Below are positions 58,233 to 64,000 of a DNA stretch of 64,000 nt, in pieces. Within the stretch, counting starts at the first letter, position 1. The number at the start of each line of letters is the position of its first letter. The stretch lies in assembly GCA_965229665.1 (NCBI GenBank), contig OZ245896.1, forward strand, positions 1,078,320-1,142,319, given 5' to 3'. Position numbers and translations under genes: made by a program. Origin of the DNA: Erythrobacter sp. (GTDB lineage Bacteria; Pseudomonadota; Alphaproteobacteria; Sphingomonadales; Sphingomonadaceae). The notes beneath the pieces are model-generated. The model did no database searches, was not told the DNA's origin, and was given only the letters and a program-made list of their open reading frames with translations.

Positions 58233-59517
58233 GAATATCCTTTTGCTCGGCGGTGGTGGCCGTGAACATGCGCTGGCGTGGAAGCTGGCGCAATCCCCTC
58301 AATGCACCAAGCTCTATGCCGCCCCCGGAAATCCGGGCATTGCCAAGGATGCCGAATGCGTGTCGATCGACGTGGGCGACCATGCCGCTGTGGTCGACTT
58401 CTGTCAGGCTCATACCGTTGGGCTGGTCGTGATCGGGCCCGAAGCGCCTCTGGTTGACGGGCTGGGCGATAGCCTGCGCGAGGCCGGTTTCCCGGTGTTC
58501 GGTCCCTCCAAAGCCGCCGCTCAGCTCGAAGGCAGCAAGGCGTTCACCAAGAAGCTGTGCGATCGCGCCAATATCCCAACCGCGCGCTATTGGGAGGTCC
58601 ACAATTACAATGAGGGCATGGCAGCCTGCGCGCAGCTCTCCCACCCCAAGGTGATCAAGGCCGACGGGCTTGCGGCGGGCAAAGGCGTGGTCATCACCGG
58701 CCATAATGACGGCGATCGCCATGCATTCATCAATATCTTTGGGACCGACAAGGATGAGGGCAGTCCCGGCACCAAGGCGGTGGTGGAAGAGTTCATGGTC
58801 GGCGAGGAAGCTAGCTTCTTCGCGCTGACCGATGGGACGACGATTCTCCCCTTCGGCACGGCGCAGGACCACAAGCGCGTCGGTGACGGCGACGAAGGCC
58901 CCAACACCGGCGGGATGGGCGCCTATTCGCCCGCTCCGGTGCTGACCCAAGAGCTTCAGGCGCAAGTGATCAAGGCAATCATCCAGCCGACGGTCGACAC
59001 CATGCGCGCCGAGGGCATGCCCTATTCGGGCGTGCTCTATGCCGGACTGATGCTGACCGACGAAGGTCCCAAGCTGGTCGAATACAATTGCCGGTTTGGC
59101 GATCCCGAATGCCAGGTGCTGATGAGCCGGTTGGAGAGCGATCTGGTCACAGTGATGCTGGCCTGCGCCAAGGGCGAATTGGCCGGGGTCGAAGCACAAT
59201 TCGCCGAGGAGACCGCGCTTACCGTGGTGATGGCGGCCAAGGGCTATCCCGGCACGCCTGAGAAGGGCGGCGCGATTGACCTGGGCAGCGCCGAGGAGGG
59301 CGGGGGGAAGGTCTTCCACGCCGGAACCGCGCTGACGGACGGTCAGTTGGTCGCCAATGGCGGGCGGGTGCTCAATGTCACCGCGCGGGGCGCCAATGTG
59401 ACCGAGGCTCAGGCGGCCGCCTATGCTGCGGTCGACGCGATCGACTTCCCGAGCGGCTTCTGCCGCCGCGATATTGGCTATCGCGAGGTCGAGCGGGAGG
59501 CGAATACTTCGGGTTGA
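58231..59517 (+). CDS. purD: phosphoribosylamine--glycine ligase
   Basis: [22 protein letters not shown] and an ATP-grasp core. Confidence 0.95.
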   Translation: MNILLLGGGGREHALAWKLAQSPQCTKLYAAPGNPGIAKDAECVSIDVGDHAAVVDFCQAHTVGLVVIGPEAPLVDGLGDSLREAGFPVFGPSKAAAQLEGSKAFTKKLCDRANIPTARYWEVHNYNEGMAACAQLSHPKVIKADGLAAGKGVVITGHNDGDRHAFINIFGTDKDEGSPGTKAVVEEFMVGEEASFFALTDGTTILPFGTAQDHKRVGDGDEGPNTGGMGAYSPAPVLTQELQAQVIKAIIQPTVDTMRAEGMPYSGVLYAGLMLTDEGPKLVEYNCRFGDPECQVLMSRLESDLVTVMLACAKGELAGVEAQFAEETALTVVMAAKGYPGTPEKGGAIDLGSAEEGGGKVFHAGTALTDGQLVANGGRVLNVTARGANVTEAQAAAYAAVDAIDFPSGFCRRDIGYREVEREANTSG

Positions 59518-59549
59518 AGTGTTTTGTCCTGCGGCTAGTCTAGCCTGCC

Positions 59550-61046
59550 ATGGCTAATGAAGACGAACCGCAACGCTTTACTATCGATACCGTCGAGAAG
59601 CTTGAAGCTTGGACTGGCGATATTGATGCCTGGAATGCGTGGGGCACAGAGCATGGGGGTGATAGGTTTGCGCCGCTTGATCCTGAAAAGCCAACCCATC
59701 CCACCCTAACTGGCGACGCAGCAATGGCGCTTTGGGGCAGGGGCAAAAAAGCCTGGAATGCGTGGACGGAAAGAAATCCAGAAGCGTCTATTGACTTTTC
59801 GTCGCAGCAATTTGGAGGGGACGATTATGGCTCGATTTACTTTGCATTCTACTGCTTCCCCAAAGGAAGCGGCGAAGTAGATTTTTCCGAGGCTAAGTTT
59901 ATTGCCAAGTTTATTGAATTCTCGTGTTCCCAATTTGGCGGTGGGGAAGTGACCTTTGACGGAGCCACATTTCGAGCGGAAAAGGTCAATTTCTTCAATT
60001 CGAGGTTTGATGACACAAAAGTTTCGTTTCGGGAAGTCGCTTTTGATTCCGACGAAGTGTACTTCTTTGCAAGCAATTTTTCTGGGCCAAGTACCGTATT
60101 CAATAATGCGAAATTCGGTTCATGTAAGATAGATTTCAAGGACTGTAATTTCGATTCAGAGATGACTTTGTTCTTTGGCATTACGGTTGAAGCGGGGAAG
60201 TTGAACTTTAGCTATTCAAAATTCGAGGGCCGATTTGACATCACGTCTTCAGGAGTTGGCGATACGTCCGTAAGCTTCTTTGAGGCGACGTTTTGCGACT
60301 GCGCCTTCTTTCAATCGCTTGACGACACATCAAACTGCGATCTCTTCACATTCGCCGGAGCCACATTTGAAAGCTCATTCGTGTTTTCGGCGAATGGGCG
60401 AATTGGGTGCCCTCTAGACCTCAGGCGGACAAGTATTGCGCACGATGTCGTCGTCCAAGATATTCGCTGCGACTACCAGCGTGAAGCGCAACGTGGCGCC
60501 AATCCGTTTTCCACCTGGCTCAGCCGCGCGGCCGATCCTGAAGATTCCCAGCGCTTCCGCAAGCTAAAGGAGCTCGCCGTCGCCAATCGCAATCACGCTA
60601 AGGCTCTGGAATTTCACGCGCAGGAAATCCGTACCCAGCGTGGACACGGCACGACCAAGCTGCAGGACCTCGCGCAATTCCTCTATTGGATTGCAAGCGA
60701 TTATGGCCGCAGCGTCAAACGCCCGTTTGGCTGGCTGATCGCATTGTGGCTTGGTTTTGCGGGCCTCTATTGGCAGTCACGCACCGCTTTCGGTGACTTT
60801 CCAGCCAAGGCTTTCGCACTTGTCGAAGGCCTAACCCGCGATTTCGGTACGGTTCTCGGCTATTCGGGCAGCAATATGCTCGCCTTTATCCCGACTGGGG
60901 GAACCGCGCGACAGCAGGGGATCGAATTGCTCTATGGCGGACAAGTGCCCGACTGGGTGCTGCTCATGGCCGGAGTGCAAAGCATCCTCGCTGTGATCCT
61001 GCTGTTCCTGCTTGGTCTCGGGCTCCGTAATATGTTTCGAGTCTAG
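59550..61046 (+). CDS. Phe-rich 12-residue-repeat (pentapeptide-like) beta-solenoid protein with a C-terminal two-helix membrane module
   Basis: The N-terminal WNAW(T)ERNP motif is typical of pentapeptide-repeat proteins. Ten contiguous units of VxFxxAxFxxxx span aa 110-229 (nt 59877-60236). TM segments fall at about aa 394-408 and 468-491. Confidence 0.7.
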   Translation: MANEDEPQRFTIDTVEKLEAWTGDIDAWNAWGTEHGGDRFAPLDPEKPTHPTLTGDAAMALWGRGKKAWNAWTERNPEASIDFSSQQFGGDDYGSIYFAFYCFPKGSGEVDFSEAKFIAKFIEFSCSQFGGGEVTFDGATFRAEKVNFFNSRFDDTKVSFREVAFDSDEVYFFASNFSGPSTVFNNAKFGSCKIDFKDCNFDSEMTLFFGITVEAGKLNFSYSKFEGRFDITSSGVGDTSVSFFEATFCDCAFFQSLDDTSNCDLFTFAGATFESSFVFSANGRIGCPLDLRRTSIAHDVVVQDIRCDYQREAQRGANPFSTWLSRAADPEDSQRFRKLKELAVANRNHAKALEFHAQEIRTQRGHGTTKLQDLAQFLYWIASDYGRSVKRPFGWLIALWLGFAGLYWQSRTAFGDFPAKAFALVEGLTRDFGTVLGYSGSNMLAFIPTGGTARQQGIELLYGGQVPDWVLLMAGVQSILAVILLFLLGLGLRNMFRV

Positions 61047-61058
61047 GCCTGCCTCCTT

Positions 61059-61191
61059 TCGTCACCCCCGCGAAGGCGGGGGCCCAGGGTGATCTCAATC
61101 CACGGCCAACCTAGATCCCCGCCTTCGCGGGGATGACGAGACAGAGGGTTTCGGTCTGCTAACTCCAAGACTTAACGCGGGAATGACGAAG
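61059..61191. repeat. cluster of REP-like GC hairpin units TCGTCAYCCCCGCGAAGGCGGGG (two inverted full copies plus one half copy)
   Basis: Copy at 61059-61084, inverted copy at 61114-61139, and a half unit at 61176-61191. Confidence 0.8.
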
Positions 61192-61274
61192 AGAGGGCGA
61201 AGGAATGGCGCGCCCTTTCCCAAATTTGATCTCGGTCAAGGAAGGCGCAGGCGAAGCGTGCTTTACGCTGCCGC

Positions 61275-61643
61275 ATGATCAAACCAATGCTCCTGCTCAT
61301 CGCCGCTGGCCTGCTGATGGCCTGTCAAACTGCCGCCACCTCCGGGCAGACGGCCTCGACACCCCAGCCCTCGCTCAATGACGATCCCCTGGCCTTCACC
61401 CAGGCCGCTTGCGGCGGGTGCCATGCGGTTGAATATCCAGGCCTCTCGCCCAATTCAGCAGCGCCGACCTTTGCCTCAATCGCCAATCGCCCGGGATTGG
61501 ATGGCGACACTTTGTCAGCCTGGCTCGCCAGGGCGCACAATTACCCCGAAGTGATGGATTTCGACCTCGATCCCGAGCAGGTCGATCTGGTCGCGCGCCA
61601 GCTGCTGCAATTGCGCAGCGAGGATTATCGGCCGGTTGAATAG
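61275..61643 (+). CDS. monoheme c-type cytochrome, lipoprotein
   Basis: Lipobox LLMAC and the heme motif CGGCH. Confidence 0.75.
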   Translation: MIKPMLLLIAAGLLMACQTAATSGQTASTPQPSLNDDPLAFTQAACGGCHAVEYPGLSPNSAAPTFASIANRPGLDGDTLSAWLARAHNYPEVMDFDLDPEQVDLVARQLLQLRSEDYRPVE

Positions 61644-61690
61644 CTTTGGGGTGTGAGCCTGTGCCAGATGCGGTTCTTTGTTCTTGGAAT

Positions 61691-61778
61691 GCCATGCCGC
61701 CCACGCCCTCCACCCTACCACCCGGATATTATCCCGGTAGGCTCCGGGTGGCAGGGTGGAGGGCGTGGGTGGCATGGC
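61691..61778. repeat. long imperfect hairpin repeat, copy 2 (35-nt arms, 18-nt loop)
   Basis: GCCATGCCGCCCACGCCCTCCACCCTACCACCCGG ... CCGGGTGGCAGGGTGGAGGGCGTGGGTGGCATGGC, with 33 of 35 arm positions complementary. Starts 48 nt after the cytochrome c stop. Confidence 0.85.
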
Positions 61779-61857
61779 AAAGGGTCAGTCGGATGACTGG
61801 CCCGCACGTAGCAAGGATTCTGAGGATATCGCAGACCCCGGATGGGTCTGTTCAAAC

Positions 61858-62850
61858 CTACAATCTTTCTTCCATCAGCGCCTTCATATCGGCTTCGGGA
61901 CGCGGGCCGTAGTGCGAGATCACCTCCGCCGCCGCAATCGCGCCGCGCTTGAGGCAACGCGTCAGCGGCTCACCCTTGGCGAAGCCTGACAGGAAGCCCG
62001 CCGCGAATTGATCGCCTGCACCGGTGGTGTCGACCACTTTCTCGATCGGGACAGCGGCGACTTCGGCGCGCTCGCCATAGGCCTGCGCGACTGCGCCCTT
62101 TTCGCTGCGGGTCGCAACCAGCACCGGAACCTTGCCGGCAACGCTGTCAAAACCGGCCTCGAAATCCTCTTCGCCGGTCAGCGTCGCAAGCTCGCTTTCA
62201 TTGACAAACAGAATGTCAATCAGGCCTTGGTCAATCATCGCGCGGAAATCATCGCCATGACGGTCGATCACGAAGCTCTCGCTGGCAGTGAAAGCGATCT
62301 TGCGCCCGGCCTCGCGCGCCACTTCGATCGCGCGGCGCATCGCCCGGCGCGGCTCTTCCGGGTCCCACAAATAGCCTTCGAGATAGAGGATCGCGCCGCT
62401 GGCGATGACCTCCTCGTCCAGCGCTTCCTTGGGCAGATATTGGCCCGCACCGAGGAAGGTGTTCATGGTCCGCTCGCCGTCGGGTGTTACGAAGATCAGC
62501 ACGCGCCCGGTCGCAGGTTCACCTTCGCGCGCGGGCGTGTCAAAATCGATCCCGGTGGCGCGCATATCGTGACGGAAGACCTTGCCGAGCTGATCATCGG
62601 CAACCTGGCCGATAAAGCCACATTGCAGGCCAAGAGTGGATAGACCCGCCAGAGTGTTCGCAGCCGAACCACCGGAGACTTCGCGGGCTGGCGGCATGGC
62701 TTCGTAGAGCTCATCCGCGCGCGCTTCGTCGATCAGCGTCATTCCGCCGCGATTAAGCTGCAATTCCTCGATCAGCTCCTCTTCGCATGAGGCGATCACA
62801 TCAACCACGGCATTGCCAATAGCAACGACATCATAGCGGGCTTCGGTCAC
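61858..62850 (-). CDS. adenosine kinase (PfkB family)
   Basis: VVAIGNAVVDVI and DTTGAGDQFAAGFL. Start taken at the GTG at 62850, since the 22 extra codons to the ATG at 62916 look non-native. Confidence 0.85.
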   Translation of the reverse strand: MTEARYDVVAIGNAVVDVIASCEEELIEELQLNRGGMTLIDEARADELYEAMPPAREVSGGSAANTLAGLSTLGLQCGFIGQVADDQLGKVFRHDMRATGIDFDTPAREGEPATGRVLIFVTPDGERTMNTFLGAGQYLPKEALDEEVIASGAILYLEGYLWDPEEPRRAMRRAIEVAREAGRKIAFTASESFVIDRHGDDFRAMIDQGLIDILFVNESELATLTGEEDFEAGFDSVAGKVPVLVATRSEKGAVAQAYGERAEVAAVPIEKVVDTTGAGDQFAAGFLSGFAKGEPLTRCLKRGAIAAAEVISHYGPRPEADMKALMEERL

Positions 62851-62950
62851 GGTAGAGATCCTGTTGTGAATTGAAAAACTGGTTCGCCGCCTAGCGAGCT
62901 TGGTCCGGAAGTCCAAGCATATTGCGGGAATGGTGTGATTCCGGTTTGAC

Positions 62951-63688
62951 TTGAGAGCCTCCGCTCAGCATCCAAGGGCCGTGACAGATGTACTCACCTC
63001 TCTGGCAAGGGCGTTCGGCCAATTGGCTGATCCAGCGGTGCTGCGCGTCCTAGCAAAGAGTCTGGGTATCACCTTGCTTATCTTTGGGGCGGTGGGTGCG
63101 CTGCTGTGGTGGTTCTTGATGGATGCGCTCGAGTGGGCCCTGCTCTTCATTCTGCCTAAGGGCTACGAGGGTCCTGCCGCGGCGTTTCTAGCGGTGTTTG
63201 TTTGGCTGGTCCTGTTTTGGTTGACCTTCCGGGTGATTGCTCTGGCAGTACTGCAATTCTTTGCTGACGAGATCGTGAAGGCGGTCGAACTCAAGCATTT
63301 CCCGGATTCTGCCGAGACTCTGCGCGCGCTTCCGTTTCGTGAAGACTTGCACAATTCCATGCGAGGAATGGGGCGGACTCTCGGCCTCAACCTGCTGACT
63401 CTGCCGATTGCGCTGCTGTTGTTGTTCACCGCAATCGGCCCGGCCGTGCTGTTCCTGCTGGTCAACGCCGTGCTATTGGGCCGCGAACTGACCGATATGG
63501 CCTGGCTAAGGCATCGCGAACCGGGGGAGCTGGGGACGCCCGTCAGTTCGTTGAAGCGTTTGGTCCTGGGCGGGGCAATCGCTGGGTTGATGCTGGTGCC
63601 GTTTGTGAATCTGCTTGCCCCGGTGATTGGCGCGGCTGCAGGAACCCATGTCACCCACACAGCGCTGCGGAGACGGCAGAATGCGTAG
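62951..63688 (+). CDS. EI24/CysZ-like polytopic membrane protein
   Basis: 4-5 TM segments. Family assignment is tentative and the start is uncertain (TTG 62951 or GTG about 62980). Confidence 0.5.
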   Translation: MRASAQHPRAVTDVLTSLARAFGQLADPAVLRVLAKSLGITLLIFGAVGALLWWFLMDALEWALLFILPKGYEGPAAAFLAVFVWLVLFWLTFRVIALAVLQFFADEIVKAVELKHFPDSAETLRALPFREDLHNSMRGMGRTLGLNLLTLPIALLLLFTAIGPAVLFLLVNAVLLGRELTDMAWLRHREPGELGTPVSSLKRLVLGGAIAGLMLVPFVNLLAPVIGAAAGTHVTHTALRRRQNA

Positions 63689-63689
63689 C

Positions 63690-64000
63690 ATGGCCGCAAT
63701 GACCCTGATAGCGGTGACGTCCGCATGCGCCGGAGCGCCGCCGCCGATAATCACGCCGCCCCCCGGCCCCAGCATCACCACTGCTCCAGTCGGGCCTCCG
63801 GCGGAAGAGGCATTTCGCCCACCCGCTGTTCAGCGCGAATCCGGCTTGCAACTGGTGATTGGGTCGCGCGCCGAGCGACTTACTCAGCTGTTTGGCGCGG
63901 CACGGATTGATCTGACAGAGGGTGACGCCCGCAAGCTGCAATTCGCCAATGAGGAATGCGTGCTCGACATCTTTCTGTATCCGCTCGAACGCGATCAGGA
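63690..64000 (+). CDS. lipoprotein, partial (runs off the window)
   Basis: Open frame from the ATG at 63690 to the window end. The leader MAAMTLIAVTSAC is followed by a Pro-rich linker. Confidence 0.5.
   Translation, partial: MAAMTLIAVTSACAGAPPPIITPPPGPSITTAPVGPPAEEAFRPPAVQRESGLQLVIGSRAERLTQLFGAARIDLTEGDARKLQFANEECVLDIFLYPLERDQ

Noticed and set aside
60846-60872. GTVLGYSGS in the loop between the two C-terminal TM helices of the solenoid protein, as a K+ channel selectivity filter.
   Set aside because: It does not match T(V/I)GYG(D). There is an extra Leu, Ser replaces the second Gly, and no Asp follows. It is kept only as a topology analogy, not as evidence of K+ selectivity.

Overview
High-GC (about 60-63%) chromosomal segment with alphaproteobacterial, probably Sphingomonadales/Erythrobacteraceae-like, gene content. 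This placement rests on gene content and synteny only, with no search run. The window is densely packed, mostly core housekeeping DNA: about 70 protein genes, two tRNAs (Leu-UAA, Arg-CCG), no rRNA, no CRISPR array, and no recognisable transposase, integrase or phage gene. Confident calls include phoD, the giant NAD-glutamate dehydrogenase, queG, a CYP153-like P450, msrA, msrB, dxs, purH, rpe, purD, xseA, nadC, tadA, rpmB and ihfB, plus a POT peptide transporter, a Kef-type antiporter and a LytS/LytTR two-component pair. I do not see a clear multi-gene novel system such as a defence island.

The most unusual content, in rough order of interest:
1. A single AT-rich (about 40% GC) patch at 59.8-60.4 kb lies inside a 498-aa ORF. 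It encodes a Phe-rich 12-residue-repeat solenoid fused to a two-helix membrane module, and the locus is bracketed by two different palindromic repeat families.
2. An 80-90 nt long-hairpin repeat is present twice (50.75 kb and 61.69 kb) with a compensatory base-pair change between copies.
3. Next to the first hairpin copy is a roughly 180-nt multi-stem intergenic stretch upstream of nadC.
4. A three-gene cassette encodes an FAD-oxidoreductase, GtrA and a large polytopic membrane protein.
5. Both methionine sulfoxide reductases carry export signals.
6. A membrane-protein/XRE module is tandemly duplicated, and one regulator copy has decayed.

Product names come from motif recognition in the supplied translations. 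No database search was run.
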